From positions 192,053-256,052 of the forward strand of contig CAYVQF010000001.1 in the NCBI GenBank assembly GCA_964454015.1: a stretch of DNA of 64,000 nucleotides, in the 5' to 3' direction. Shown here piece by piece: positions 1 through 10,221 of this stretch (positions within the stretch are counted from its first letter, which is position 1; the number at the start of each line of letters is the position of its first letter). Both the position numbers and the translations under genes were made by a program. The notes beneath the pieces were generated by a model that was not told the origin of the DNA, ran no database searches, and saw only the letters and a list, made by a program, of their open reading frames with translations. The DNA comes from an uncultured Myxococcales bacterium. GTDB taxonomy: Bacteria > Myxococcota_A > Bradymonadia > UBA4248.

Positions 1-10
1 AGGCGTAAAG

Positions 11-772
11 ATGTGGAAGGTGGTCTACGAGCGGTTGCGGCAGGGACACAGGACGCACGCCTACCCGCGGCTGGCACCGACGCTGCCGGCGCGATTTCGC
101 GGTCGTCCTGAGCTCAGGGCGGAGGCATGCGCCGACTGTGCTGGTTCTTGCGCGGCGGCGTGCCCGGTGCAGGCGCTGCAGTGTGGCGCCGTACCGGTGA
201 TGGATCTTGGGCGCTGTCTCTTTTGCGGAGCCTGCGCGCGGGCATGCCCGGCGCAGGCCATCACCTTTGGCCCGGACTTTCGTCTGGCGGCCTCTGCACG
301 GGCCGATCTGCAGGTGTCGTCCGGGCAGCCACCCCATGCTCTGCAGCCTCTGGACGCCGTACGTCGCCGCCTCTATGGGCGATCCTTCAAGCTGCGCCAG
401 GTCAGCGCCGGTGGCTGCAACGCTTGTGAAGCCGATGCCAACGTGCTGAGCACCTTGGCCTTTGACATGGGGCGTTTTGGGATTTCTTTCGTGGCCTCGC
501 CGCGGCATGCGGATGCGCTCCTGGTGACCGGGCCCGTGACCAGGAACATGCGCGAGGCGCTCCTCAAGACCTATGACGCCCTGGCCGAGCCCAAGGTGGT
601 CATTGCTTCGGGTGCGTGCGCCATCGACGGTGGACCCTATCACGGCGGTGAAGAGGTGGAGGCGGGTGGCGTGGCGGCGTTGATACCTGTGGATCTCTTC
701 GTGCCCGGTTGCCCACCCCATCCATGGACCCTCTTGGATGGGATGCTGCGCTTATTGGGTGTCGTGGGTTAA
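11..772 (+). CDS. NuoB/HycG-family small subunit (complex I / group-4 [NiFe] hydrogenase type) with N-terminal 2x[4Fe-4S] ferredoxin-like domain
   Basis: N-terminus has ferredoxin Cys motifs (CADCAGSCAAACP; CLFCGACARACP). The C-terminal part matches the NuoB/HycG pattern (GGCNACE...SPRHADALLVTGPVT...VIASGACAIDGGPY...VPGCPPHP). Confidence 0.8.
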   Translation: MWKVVYERLRQGHRTHAYPRLAPTLPARFRGRPELRAEACADCAGSCAAACPVQALQCGAVPVMDLGRCLFCGACARACPAQAITFGPDFRLAASARADLQVSSGQPPHALQPLDAVRRRLYGRSFKLRQVSAGGCNACEADANVLSTLAFDMGRFGISFVASPRHADALLVTGPVTRNMREALLKTYDALAEPKVVIASGACAIDGGPYHGGEEVEAGGVAALIPVDLFVPGCPPHPWTLLDGMLRLLGVVG

Positions 773-1734
773 GGGGAGAGCCCCTCGAAGCGCAGGCTGA
801 TCCCGTGGTGTAGCACGTCCAGATGGTGCCAAATCCAGGAGATGCGGCGATCCAAGGCCATTGGTGTAGGTGGTGGGAAGTGGTGGGTCATGGCGGCGCG
901 GAGATGGGCCAGGTAGGCTTCCCAGTGCTGGTTGATGAGCCACCAGAAGGCCTGGGCAAGGGGATAGTAGCTCCAATGCCATCGCTCTTCGACGACGACG
1001 ATGCAGCTCCCGTGCTTGACCTGGCAGGCTTCTCGCCAAGCCCAAGGCAGGTCGTCGAGGCCTTTGAAGGGGCGGAAGAAGCCGCGCCGCCAGGCGCTCT
1101 CCTGGAGGTAGCGGAAGTGTAGGTGGAGTGGCCCCGATGGGGCGAAGGCCTGGTTGTCGATGCGCCCGATGTCGAACTCCGTTGCCCAGCCGTGGCGGGA
1201 CATGCCTGGGGCGGCGATGCCGTGATCGGGGTGGGAGAGGATGTGGCGTTGCCAATGCTCCCAATCGGCTGGTGCAGGCGGCGGGAACTTGCGGGCCCAC
1301 TTGCTGGCCTGGATGTCGATTGGGCGATAGGCGCTGTGGGGACCGCAGATGCGGGTGCCGAGATCGGCCTCGCCGGCGGCTGCTTCAGGCGTTGCTTGCC
1401 AACGCGCGCGCAGGTCCTTTCGGAGCGCGTCGAAGTGCTCCTTGGCTTCGAGCATGCCGGCGAGCAAAAGCGCCGTGACCGCAGCGCCGCTGGTGTAAGG
1501 CAGGTCGGGTGGGCTCGCGAGCCACTCTGCGGTGGCTTCCTGCAAGCGCAGGGAGGTGTCCTCTTCCTGTTCGCGCGTGAGCCAGAGCAGGTGGTGGAGT
1601 GGGGCGGGCTGTTGTCCCGTGAGCCAATCGAGGATGGGCAGGGGATCGTGGCCCCATGCCTGTGACAAGCGCTCGCACCACCGCTGATGCGCGGCGCTGA
1701 TCTCTTGCATTGAGGTGAAGGCGGCAAGGGACAT
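769..1734 (-). CDS. hypothetical Trp/His-rich protein, no family recognised
   Basis: 321-aa ORF with a normal amino-acid mix, unlike the overlapping Pro/Ser/Arg-rich alternative frames. It lies directly downstream of the LuxR-type regulator on the same strand. Confidence 0.5.
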   Translation of the reverse strand: MSLAAFTSMQEISAAHQRWCERLSQAWGHDPLPILDWLTGQQPAPLHHLLWLTREQEEDTSLRLQEATAEWLASPPDLPYTSGAAVTALLLAGMLEAKEHFDALRKDLRARWQATPEAAAGEADLGTRICGPHSAYRPIDIQASKWARKFPPPAPADWEHWQRHILSHPDHGIAAPGMSRHGWATEFDIGRIDNQAFAPSGPLHLHFRYLQESAWRRGFFRPFKGLDDLPWAWREACQVKHGSCIVVVEERWHWSYYPLAQAFWWLINQHWEAYLAHLRAAMTHHFPPPTPMALDRRISWIWHHLDVLHHGISLRFEGLSP

Positions 1735-1741
1735 GCGTGTC

Positions 1742-2317
1742 TTAGCCCAGGACCCAGCGCACCAAGCTCACCCGGGTGTGGGTGCCGGTCTTGCGCATGA
1801 TGGTGCGCAGGTGGGTGCGCACGGTGCTGATTTGGATGCCCAAGTCTGCCGCGATCTCTGCGGTGCGGCAGCCTTCAGCGATCAGGAGCGCGATCTGACG
1901 CTCGCGCTGGCTCAGGCAGGAGAGGTGTCCCAGGCGATGGGTCTCAGGATGGCGCAGGGCCAGGACCTCGGCCAGAGGCTGGATGAAAACCCGCACGGCT
2001 CTCTTTCCTTGCCACAGGATGGGTTCAGCCGTCCCCAAGATCGAGAAGGTCTCGCCGCGGTGATCGAGGATATCGAAGTGAAAGGCGCACACCGTCTCGT
2101 TGGCTTCGATGACGGCCGCGTGGACTTGCGCCGCCTTGGGGATGAAGGCGCTGGGGATGAAGTCGTGGATGGGGCGACCGACGAGGCTCTCTGCCTCTCC
2201 GAGGTGGCCTGCGTTGCGTGCCATCTGGTGGCCCGCGTGGTTGGCGTACACCATGATACCATCTAGGTGAACGACCACGGGGAGTGGTGCATCATCGTAG
2301 TGGTCCATCGCGGTCAT
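1742..2317 (-). CDS. LuxR-family transcriptional regulator with PAS-like N-terminal sensor
   Basis: C-terminal LuxR/GerE HTH (LSQRERQIALLIAEGCRTAEIAADLGIQISTVRTHLRTIMRKTG). The N-terminal ~110 aa are PAS-like. I chose the start at MTAMDHYDD (ATG 2317) because the longer ORF extension to 2671 is Arg/Ala-rich, as in off-target sequence. Confidence 0.75.
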   Translation of the reverse strand: MTAMDHYDDAPLPVVVHLDGIMVYANHAGHQMARNAGHLGEAESLVGRPIHDFIPSAFIPKAAQVHAAVIEANETVCAFHFDILDHRGETFSILGTAEPILWQGKRAVRVFIQPLAEVLALRHPETHRLGHLSCLSQRERQIALLIAEGCRTAEIAADLGIQISTVRTHLRTIMRKTGTHTRVSLVRWVLG

Positions 2318-2697
2318 CTCTCGCGCTGAGGGTGAGGCAAGGTGTGTGGTGGCGTGCAGTTGCGTGGGCGCCGCTTCGGCGAGGGTTCTGGTGGCATGGC
2401 GGTCACGGAGGCGCGCGCCTTGGCGGGCAGTGGGTTCGCGGGGAAGCCCAAGGTGACGGCCGCGGGCCAGCGCAGACGCAATCATGAACGAGGTTGACCG
2501 GTTATGTCCAGAGACCTGGTGCAGCGCAGTGCTGCGCTCACGCCGGCCGAGGCGCATTCCGTGTTGCATTTTTAAGCACGACGCGGTGCGCGCACCCGAT
2601 AAGGCAATCCAGAGGCCACGGGCGCATGGTCGCCCGCGACGTCGAACGTGGGGTGTGTGGCCTGGCAACACGGAGCGCGACGCAGGAGGAGTTGGAT

Positions 2698-3177
2698 ATG
2701 CGACAGGGATGGCGATGGAGTGGGCGGTGGAAGTGGCCGCGGCTGCTGTTTTGGGGGTCTTGGGTGGTGGCCTTGGTGGCCTGTGGCGAGGATGAAGCGC
2801 CCCTCGAGCGCTGTTGGCCGCGGGATCGCCCCGCGGTGGAGAGCGCCGCGTGGGTGGGGATGTGGCAGGGAGAAGGTTCTGTCCAGGGATTCATGTTGGG
2901 CTTGGCTGCAAACGGCGACTGGGGAGAGTGGCGTCAGGCGCATGGTCTTTGGCGGTGGCGCGAGGGCGGTGCCTACCTCGTGATGGGGGATGAGCTGTTG
3001 CTGATCACCCATGATGCCTATATGCAGGAGCGCTTCAGGGTCGAGGCGAACGTGATGGCCATCGAGCGTTCGAGTGGCATGGAGGCAGCGCTGCGTTGGA
3101 CGCGGGTAGAGTGCGCCGGGCTGGCATTGTCGGCGTTTTATACTGAAGAAGGTGACAGGCGCGGCGCCATGCAATAG
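2698..3177 (+). CDS. putative lipoprotein, function unknown
   Basis: Start at MRQGWRW..., hydrophobic signal ending in lipobox LVAC. No recognisable domain. Confidence 0.5.
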   Translation: MRQGWRWSGRWKWPRLLFWGSWVVALVACGEDEAPLERCWPRDRPAVESAAWVGMWQGEGSVQGFMLGLAANGDWGEWRQAHGLWRWREGGAYLVMGDELLLITHDAYMQERFRVEANVMAIERSSGMEAALRWTRVECAGLALSAFYTEEGDRRGAMQ

Positions 3178-3263
3178 TAGTAGGGCCCGAGCGCCGTGGC
3201 TGGGGACCTGCAGAGCTGGGGTTCGTTGGTTTGGTACGGCGGCATGCATAGAGGGCTTGGCTT

Positions 3264-4763
3264 ATGTACGACGTCGCCATCATCGGTGGGGGTGTGGTTG
3301 GGTGTGCCATCGCACGGCAGCTTGCCCACTACCGTGTGCGTACGGTGTTGTTGGAGAAACAGGCGGAGGTTGCTTTTGGCACGACCAAGACCAACTCTGG
3401 GATCATCCACGCGGGTCACCACAGCACGCCCGATACTCTGAAGGGGTCGCTGGTGGTCAGCGGGGGCGACGCCTTTGACCGTTTGTGCGAGGATCTTCAT
3501 TTTGGCTTTCGCCGCATCGGTGAGCTCGTGGTGGCGCAGTCTGCGGAGGAAATTCCGGTCATCGAGGAGCTCTTTTCCCGTGGTCGGAGCAAAGGGATCC
3601 ACGATCTCGAGATGTGGGACGCGCAGCGTCTGCGCCGAGAAGAGCCGAACCTCTCCCATCATTTGTGTGCAGCCCTCTTTGCCCCCCGGGCAGGCGTCGT
3701 CAATCCTTACGAGTTTGCCTTTGCGCTGATCGAGAACGCCGTCGCCAATGGGGTCGAACTGCGGGTGGATAGTCCGGTCGTGGCGATCAGTGACGGCGAG
3801 GACGGGGGGCTGTGCCTGCATCTGGGCGATGGCGGAGCGGGTGGGCCCATGGGGGGCCGAGTCGAAGCGCGCTTCGTGCTGAACTGCGCAGGGGTCTATG
3901 CCGATCGCATTGCTGCCTTGGCCGGGGTACAGGACTTCGAGATTCTGCCGCGCAAAGGCGAAGAGTACATGTTGGACAAGCGCCTCAAGGGCTTGGTGCG
4001 CCGGCTGGTCTTTCCCGTGCCGACGCCAGCTTCGAAGGGCATCCTCATCATTCCCACCTTCGATGGCACCCTCATGGTTGGGCCGACGGCTTTTGACACG
4101 GACGACCGGGAAGATCTGGCGACCACCGACCTCGGGGCGGATACGGTCTTCGATTTCGTGTCCCAACTGTGCCCTTCGATCACGCGCCGGGACACGATTG
4201 CCGAGTTTGCCGGCCTGCGCGCGGTGAGCTCGAGCAACGATTTCATCATCGGCCCTACCTCGCGGCGGGGCTTCATCAATGTGGCAGGCATCCAGTCACC
4301 TGGGCTTACGGCTTCCCCGGCCATCGCGACGCTCGTGTGTGAGATATTGCGCAGTGAGGGGCTGGTGCTGGAAGAGCGAGGGGATTTTACCCCTCGCGTG
4401 ACGGGTCCGGTGCGTTTTGCCAGCCTCGATGTCAAAGAGCAGCAGCGGCTGGCGGCGGAAGATCTGCGCTTTGGCCGGGTGGTGTGCCGTTGTGAGATGG
4501 TGACCGAGGGCGAGATTCATCATGCCATCGATCACGGGGCGCGCACCTTGGATGGGGTTAAGTTTAGGACGCGGGCTGGCATGGGGCGTTGCCAAGGGGG
4601 GTTCTGTACGGTGCGCTGTATGGACATCCTGGCCCAGAGGCTTGGCCTGCGCCTCGAAGAGGTGACGAAGCGAGGCTCCTCTTCGTGGATTGTCGTGCCG
4701 CGACGCTCGCCAGCAGCGGTCACTCACCCGTCATCGTCGCCGCAGACGCTTGCTGAGGATTGA
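3264..4763 (+). CDS. FAD-dependent oxidoreductase (GlpA / L-2-hydroxyglutarate oxidase-like) with BFD-like [2Fe-2S] domain
   Basis: N-terminal dinucleotide fold YDVAIIGGGVVGCAIARQL. C-terminal BFD-like Cys motif (VCRCEMVTEGEI...GRCQGGFC). Confidence 0.85.
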   Translation: MYDVAIIGGGVVGCAIARQLAHYRVRTVLLEKQAEVAFGTTKTNSGIIHAGHHSTPDTLKGSLVVSGGDAFDRLCEDLHFGFRRIGELVVAQSAEEIPVIEELFSRGRSKGIHDLEMWDAQRLRREEPNLSHHLCAALFAPRAGVVNPYEFAFALIENAVANGVELRVDSPVVAISDGEDGGLCLHLGDGGAGGPMGGRVEARFVLNCAGVYADRIAALAGVQDFEILPRKGEEYMLDKRLKGLVRRLVFPVPTPASKGILIIPTFDGTLMVGPTAFDTDDREDLATTDLGADTVFDFVSQLCPSITRRDTIAEFAGLRAVSSSNDFIIGPTSRRGFINVAGIQSPGLTASPAIATLVCEILRSEGLVLEERGDFTPRVTGPVRFASLDVKEQQRLAAEDLRFGRVVCRCEMVTEGEIHHAIDHGARTLDGVKFRTRAGMGRCQGGFCTVRCMDILAQRLGLRLEEVTKRGSSSWIVVPRRSPAAVTHPSSSPQTLAED

Positions 4764-4766
4764 AAC

Positions 4767-6047
4767 GTGTTTGGACGAATCGAAGGACCCTACGATGTCG
4801 TGGTCGTTGGCGGCGGCCCAGCCGGTTTGGCGGCGGCCCTTGGTGCGCGTGAATCCGGGGCCGAGCGCTGCCTCATCCTCGATCGCGAGCCTGAGCCTGG
4901 AGGCATCCTCAATCAGTGCATCCACGCGGGCTTTGGGCTGCACTACTTCCGCGAGGAGCTCACGGGACCCGAGTATGCAGAGCGCTTCATCACCAAGGTC
5001 ATCGATGGTGAGATCGATCTCGCGCCCGACACTTATGTCAGCGGCGTCAGCGTCGATTCGGATGGCACGAAGTGGGTGCGTGTTCTGTCCGAGCGTTTTG
5101 GTCTCAAGCACGTGCGGACCAAGGCGGTGGTGCTGGCCATGGGGTGTAGAGAGCGCACCCGAGGTGCGATTCGCATTCCCGGCTTTCGCCCGGCTGGGGT
5201 GCTGACGGCGGGTTTAGCGCAGAAAATGGTGAACATGCGCGGCTACTTGCCCGGTCGGCGGGTGGCGATCCTCGGCTCGGGGGACATTGGCCTGATCATG
5301 GCGCGGCGCTTGACTCTCGAGGGCTGTGAGGTGGTTGGGGTTTTCGAGCTCATGCCCTACTCCAACGGCCTGACGCGCAATGTGGTGCAGTGTCTCGACG
5401 ACTTCGGCATCCCGCTGCACTTGTCGACGACGGTGGCTTGCATCCACGGCAGAGAGCGGGTGGAGGGGGTGACCGTGGCGCCTGTAGACGGCCATTTCCG
5501 AGCGCAGATGGCGCAGGCGCGCACCTTGGCCTGCGATACGCTGCTATTGTCCATTGGTTTGATTCCCGAGAATGAGCTCTCCCAGAGCCTCGGTCTGCGC
5601 CTCGATGTGGTGACCGGCGGTCCCTTGGTGTCGTCGACGCTCGAGACCAGCATGCCCGGGCTTTTTGCGTGCGGCAATGTCTTGCACGTGCATGACTTGG
5701 TGGATTTCGTCACGGCCGAGTCGCTGTTGGCGGGACGGTTCGCGGGTGAGTGGGCGCAGGGGGTGCGGCGTCCTGCGGACAACATCAGCCTGGTACCTGG
5801 TGACAATGTGCGCTATTGCGTGCCCCACACGCTCAGCCCGGAGCGGGAGCACACCATTTATCTGCGCTGCAAAGAGGCGATGAAGCCCTGTCGGATCCGG
5901 GTGGGTGACCTCATGGAGAAGCGGCTGCGTTTCGTGGTGCCCGCGGAGATGATCATGGTCAAGATCAAGCCCGATCTTTTGGCGCGTTTTCATGGCGATA
6001 CTTTGCGCGTCGACCTGGTTCCCGATGCGGGGGCGGTGGAGGATTAG
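4767..6047 (+). CDS. FAD/NAD(P)-binding pyridine nucleotide-disulfide oxidoreductase family protein
   Basis: [16 protein letters not shown] Rossmann motif plus a second GSGDIGL motif. GTG start 4 nt after the upstream stop. Confidence 0.85.
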   Translation: MFGRIEGPYDVVVVGGGPAGLAAALGARESGAERCLILDREPEPGGILNQCIHAGFGLHYFREELTGPEYAERFITKVIDGEIDLAPDTYVSGVSVDSDGTKWVRVLSERFGLKHVRTKAVVLAMGCRERTRGAIRIPGFRPAGVLTAGLAQKMVNMRGYLPGRRVAILGSGDIGLIMARRLTLEGCEVVGVFELMPYSNGLTRNVVQCLDDFGIPLHLSTTVACIHGRERVEGVTVAPVDGHFRAQMAQARTLACDTLLLSIGLIPENELSQSLGLRLDVVTGGPLVSSTLETSMPGLFACGNVLHVHDLVDFVTAESLLAGRFAGEWAQGVRRPADNISLVPGDNVRYCVPHTLSPEREHTIYLRCKEAMKPCRIRVGDLMEKRLRFVVPAEMIMVKIKPDLLARFHGDTLRVDLVPDAGAVED

Positions 6048-6425
6048 ATGGCAGAACAGAGTCACTTCGTTTGTATTGGCTGCCCCATCGGCTGTCCCTT
6101 GCAGTTGACCCATGAGGGGAAAGAGATCATCGAGGTCTCTGGCCAGGAGTGTAACCGCGGTGCGAAGTATGCGGCACAGGAGTTCACTGACCCACGCCGG
6201 GTTTTGACGACGACCGTGGCCGTCGAAGGGGGGCGCTGGGAGCGCCTCCCCGTCAAGGTCTCGGCGCCCCTGCTCAAGACGCAGCTCTTTGCGGCCCTCG
6301 CGGTCATTCACGAAGTGGTGGTGACAGCGCCCGTGGAACAAGGACAGGTTCTGGTGCGGGACATTTTGGGAGAAGCGGGCTTGCACGTCGTCGCGACGCG
6401 ATCCATGCCGCAGCAGGGGAAGTGA
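6048..6425 (+). CDS. DUF1667 domain protein
   Basis: Small protein with CIGCPIGCPL...ECNRG motifs typical of DUF1667. Its ATG immediately follows the upstream stop. Confidence 0.8.
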   Translation: MAEQSHFVCIGCPIGCPLQLTHEGKEIIEVSGQECNRGAKYAAQEFTDPRRVLTTTVAVEGGRWERLPVKVSAPLLKTQLFAALAVIHEVVVTAPVEQGQVLVRDILGEAGLHVVATRSMPQQGK

Positions 6426-6468
6426 GGCCGGGCTGAGATAGGTGGGGCGGAGCCGTGAGAGGGGGGAC

Positions 6469-8661
6469 TCAGCTTGCTTCGTCGTCCGAGGAGCCGTCTT
6501 TGGCGGCGGGGAGTGCCGTGGCAGAGGCAGGGGCCTTGTTTTCCTGGAGGAGCTTGACCAAGGGGCTGAGGTCGGCACTGCGAATGTGCACGTCTCTCTG
6601 AGGAAATGGGATTTCGATGTTGGCGGCGCTGAGGGCGTCCCAGATGATGAAGTTCAATTCGCCACGGAGCCGACGCTCGGTGATGGTGCGACAATCGACG
6701 TGGACCAGGAGGGCGAAGTCGACGCTCGAGTCGCCGAAGTTCTCGAGCCACACTTCCGGAGGGGGCTGGGCGATGATCCGCGGGTGGCGTTGGGCGCAGG
6801 CCAGCAGGACCTCTTTGACCTGGTGGGGATCGGCGCCGTAGCTGACGCCCACGGGGACGGTGACGCGAATGATGGGCGAGGACAGGGTCCAGTTGACGAT
6901 AGGGCTGGAGATGATCTCCGATGATGGAACGATGAGCTCGTAGTTGTCGGCGGTGACGATGGTGACCGAGCGGGCGCCGACGCTGTCGATGCGGCCGAAA
7001 GTGCCGGCTGCGGTGACGAAATCCCCTTTTTTTACGGCGCGACCAAAGAGAATGATGAGTCCGCTGATGAGGTTGTTGACGGTGTTCTGGAGACCGAAGC
7101 CGACGCCAACCCCGAGGGCACTGAAGAAGATGGCGATGTTGGAGAGGTCAAGGCCAAAGGACTTCAGGCCAAAGAGCGCGCCGATGATGAGGAAGAAGTA
7201 ATGGACCATGGTGTTGATGGCATAGCCCACCCCCACGGCCACGTCGAAACGCGGATAGAACTTGTCGTTGAGGAGCGCGCGGATGGCGCGGCTGATGAAG
7301 ACGAAGAGCCAGACGACGAAGAGTGCGCGCCCAATGCTGAAGACGCTGATATCGGGACCGCTGGCCGTGCGAAACAGCGGCAGCGAGGTGAGGTCCACCA
7401 AGAGCGGCCACAGGCCGAGGATGCGCAACAGACCCCAGATGAGAATGAGCAGAGCGCCGACGGTGAGGGACGCGTCGAGGGACTTGAGGACTTGGTGGCG
7501 CTCGGTGTCGGTGGGGGCGCCGCTGGGGCTCTCGTGGCGTCGGATGGCCTGCTGAAGCGCCTGGTGAACGCGGCGGTAGAGCCAAAAGCCGAGCAAAGAG
7601 AGGAATATCAAGGCGTAAGAACGCAGGAGGATGAACTTTGCGGCGTCGGCAAAGCCGATGCTCCACAACAAGAGGAAGGTGGCCGAGAAGGCGATGATCC
7701 AGTGAAGCCGTTGAGAGAAGGCGTTGCGGATCGCCGTGTAGGTGGTGTTGTCGGGGAAAGAGGGCAGGAGCTGGTCGAGCTCCTTGCGGAGCCGCAAGAG
7801 ACGTAGGCTGTAGAGGCCGATGAAGAGACGAAAGGCGAAGCCGGCGCCTGCTACCAGTGAGAGAGAGGTGTCGAGGATCTGGAGGGCGCGCCAGATGAAA
7901 AAGAGCATCGCGCCCATGGCGATGGCGCGCTGGAACCATGCGTTGAGGCGGGTGGGGTGACCGCTGAAGAGAAAGCGCTCCCTGAGGAGGACTTCGGCGC
8001 AGGTCGTTGAGAGGAGTTGAACAACCAGGCAGATCCAGAGGGCCAGAATGAGCAGGGAGAGCCAGATCGCGTGGGGATAGAAACCCAACAGGGGGAAATG
8101 GGCCAGGACCAGTAGGGTGGCCGTAGGAAGGGCGCGGGCGATGACGCGGGCCAGGGCACTGAGGGCGCTATTGAGGCTCCCGGGGGGCAGACGGTCGATG
8201 TGTGCCTTGAGGCGCTCGCGCACTCGGCGCACGCGCCGCGTGAGGAGGCCAAAGCCGAAGGCGAACAGGAGCAGGATGAGCAGCGGGAGGAGCATGAGCG
8301 CTTTGGCGCTCCACCGGGCCTGCCAAAAGCGCTGCGCCTCTTCGGTGATCCAAGCAAGCAGGGCCTGGCTCTCGCTGAGGGTGTCGCTGACGATCTCCGT
8401 GCCAAAGCCGAGTGGGCGCGGCGTGAGGTAGCGCTCGAGGGCCGTGGCGTGGCGCAGGGCGAGGTCTTGGGTGTTTGCAGCGAGAGGCTCGGCGTCGTCT
8501 GGGGCAGACGCATCCGGCGTGGGTGCTGCAGGGCGCGCGTCGGCCGGCACAGGTGGCTTGAGATGTGGGAAGCCTGAGCTTTGCGCGTGGGCCAAGGGGG
8601 CAAAGGTTCCAAGGCCCACGATGATGAGGATGGCGCAGAGGTGAGAGAGCTTGGATGGCAT
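6469..8661 (-). CDS. mechanosensitive ion channel, MscS family (large MscK-like form)
   Basis: Signal peptide and multiple TM helices. Conserved MscS pore and beta domain (NLISGLIILFGRAVKKGDFV...GRIDSVGARSVTIVTADNYELIVPSSEIISSPIVNW). Confidence 0.85.
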   Translation of the reverse strand: MPSKLSHLCAILIIVGLGTFAPLAHAQSSGFPHLKPPVPADARPAAPTPDASAPDDAEPLAANTQDLALRHATALERYLTPRPLGFGTEIVSDTLSESQALLAWITEEAQRFWQARWSAKALMLLPLLILLLFAFGFGLLTRRVRRVRERLKAHIDRLPPGSLNSALSALARVIARALPTATLLVLAHFPLLGFYPHAIWLSLLILALWICLVVQLLSTTCAEVLLRERFLFSGHPTRLNAWFQRAIAMGAMLFFIWRALQILDTSLSLVAGAGFAFRLFIGLYSLRLLRLRKELDQLLPSFPDNTTYTAIRNAFSQRLHWIIAFSATFLLLWSIGFADAAKFILLRSYALIFLSLLGFWLYRRVHQALQQAIRRHESPSGAPTDTERHQVLKSLDASLTVGALLILIWGLLRILGLWPLLVDLTSLPLFRTASGPDISVFSIGRALFVVWLFVFISRAIRALLNDKFYPRFDVAVGVGYAINTMVHYFFLIIGALFGLKSFGLDLSNIAIFFSALGVGVGFGLQNTVNNLISGLIILFGRAVKKGDFVTAAGTFGRIDSVGARSVTIVTADNYELIVPSSEIISSPIVNWTLSSPIIRVTVPVGVSYGADPHQVKEVLLACAQRHPRIIAQPPPEVWLENFGDSSVDFALLVHVDCRTITERRLRGELNFIIWDALSAANIEIPFPQRDVHIRSADLSPLVKLLQENKAPASATALPAAKDGSSDDEAS

Positions 8662-8679
8662 AGATGGATGTGGCCAGCG

Positions 8680-10176
8680 CTAGATGGCTTCGTAGGTGCA
8701 GGATTTGTCGTGGTGATCTTGGCCGTCGAAGCTGAAGAGCCGACCTTTGCCATTGTGCATGGTTTCGAGGTTGACCGGTCGCCGCCAGATCTTTTGGAGG
8801 TTGGCCAGCACGTCGCGGGCGTAATCGATCTTGAGCTCGATGCCTTCGAACTTGTGGTGCAGCAGGAGCTCGCCGCGGTTCTGGAAGTTGCCGTCTTTGA
8901 CGTAGATCAGGGGTTGTCCGAAGTTGGTGAGGCTGAAGAGGAGCTGTTCTTTGATGGCTTTGAACTCACGGCTCTGGATTTCGTAGTTTTTGCTTTGGTT
9001 GTTGTAGCCGAAGACGAAGAGCTTGTGGCGGCGGCAGAAGTCCTCGTTGAGAAACTCATCGATGAAGGTGACGTCGTTGTGGAGCTTTCGCACCTCGAAG
9101 ATCTTCTCCTGGCCGAGTCCGAGATCTCGATTCCAGTTGGCCTTCTGTTGCATGTCTTCGCAGGTTTCGTAGTCGGGTCCAAAGCGCCCAGTGTTCCATC
9201 GATGCTCGATGTCACGCCACAACTCGACGCCGAGCTTGTAGGGGTTGAGCTGTCCCTTGGCGGTGGCGACGACCCCGGCGTAGGCGTCGGCGTAGTCGAT
9301 GATTTCTGAGGCATCGAGGACCTTCTCCGTCATGATTCGGGAGTGCCAATAGGTGGCCCAGCCTTCGTTCATGATTTTGGTTTGGCCCTGGGGCGCGTAG
9401 TAGTAGGCCTCCTCGCGAATGGCGGCCAGGATGTCGGCCTCCCAGCGTTCGAGGGGGGCATTCTCGAGGAGGAAGAGCATGACGTCCTTTTCCGGCCTCT
9501 CGGGGAAGGCCTTGGCCTTCTCTTTCTCCGCGGCGACACGCCGGCGCTGTTCCTCCATGTACTCTCGCGGGTTGATGTAGTTCTCCATGTATTCGCGAGA
9601 CGTCGGGAGGCGTGGCAGGGTGAAGTCGCTGTTCGATGCCTCAGGGTCTCGTTCTTGCGCCGGTCTGCGGTTGATGAAGGGAGAGTGGATGTCGATGAGG
9701 TTGTCGATGGAGAGGCAGGTTTCGATGAAGTCTTCGACGAGATCCAGGCCCCAGCGATCGATGTAGCGGCGCACGCGGGTGGCGTGGTTGGCCATCTCAT
9801 CGATCATGCGGCGGTGGGTTTTGGAGAAGTATAGGTTGTTTTTGAAGAAGTCGACGTGGGCGTAGACGTGGGCGATGACCGTTTTCTGGTCGACCAGGTG
9901 GTTTCCTTCCAAGAGGTAGGCGTAGGCCGGGTCATTGTTGATGACCATTTCGTAGATTTTGGTCAGGCCAAACTCATAGCTTTTGGAGAGCTGCTCGTAC
10001 TCCATGCCAAAGCGCCAATGGTTGTAGCGCGTGGGGAAACCACCATAGGCGGCGATTTCGTTGATGCTTTTGTAGTCGACCACCTCAAAGATGGTTTCAA
10101 AGAAGTCGAGCCCAAAGTTGCGGGCGTGTGCTTCGATGATCTCCTTGGTCTGCCACAGGGAGGTTGGGAGGTCCAT
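8680..10176 (-). CDS. SpoVR family protein
   Basis: 498 aa with typical SpoVR sequence ([21 protein letters not shown]..., [13 protein letters not shown]). Third gene of the prkA operon. Confidence 0.9.
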   Translation of the reverse strand: MDLPTSLWQTKEIIEAHARNFGLDFFETIFEVVDYKSINEIAAYGGFPTRYNHWRFGMEYEQLSKSYEFGLTKIYEMVINNDPAYAYLLEGNHLVDQKTVIAHVYAHVDFFKNNLYFSKTHRRMIDEMANHATRVRRYIDRWGLDLVEDFIETCLSIDNLIDIHSPFINRRPAQERDPEASNSDFTLPRLPTSREYMENYINPREYMEEQRRRVAAEKEKAKAFPERPEKDVMLFLLENAPLERWEADILAAIREEAYYYAPQGQTKIMNEGWATYWHSRIMTEKVLDASEIIDYADAYAGVVATAKGQLNPYKLGVELWRDIEHRWNTGRFGPDYETCEDMQQKANWNRDLGLGQEKIFEVRKLHNDVTFIDEFLNEDFCRRHKLFVFGYNNQSKNYEIQSREFKAIKEQLLFSLTNFGQPLIYVKDGNFQNRGELLLHHKFEGIELKIDYARDVLANLQKIWRRPVNLETMHNGKGRLFSFDGQDHHDKSCTYEAI

Positions 10177-10221
10177 GGCCTCGCTCCGTCGAGGTGAGCC
10201 CGGCGCTGGGGGCGTGTTGCG

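Noticed and set aside
1742-2671. Full 309-aa version of the LuxR-family ORF
   Set aside because: The first 118 residues are Arg/Ala/His-rich low-complexity sequence with no domain. The internal start at 2317 gives a compact PAS-LuxR protein.
3377-3382. TGGCAC hexamers inside coding regions (3377-3382 and also 62552-62557) as sigma-54 promoters
   Set aside because: There is no TTGC-type -12 element at the required spacing, and both lie within CDSs.
3138-4166. Long antisense or off-frame ORFs, including 3138-4166(-), 5544-6578(-), 12399-13406(+), 21349-23001(-), 29912-31786(-), 56271-57377(-) and 59834-61240(+)
   Set aside because: These are typical high-GC shadow ORFs. Their products are Arg/Pro/Ala/Gly/His-rich with no recognisable domains. 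Each lies opposite or out of frame to a gene with clear family motifs.
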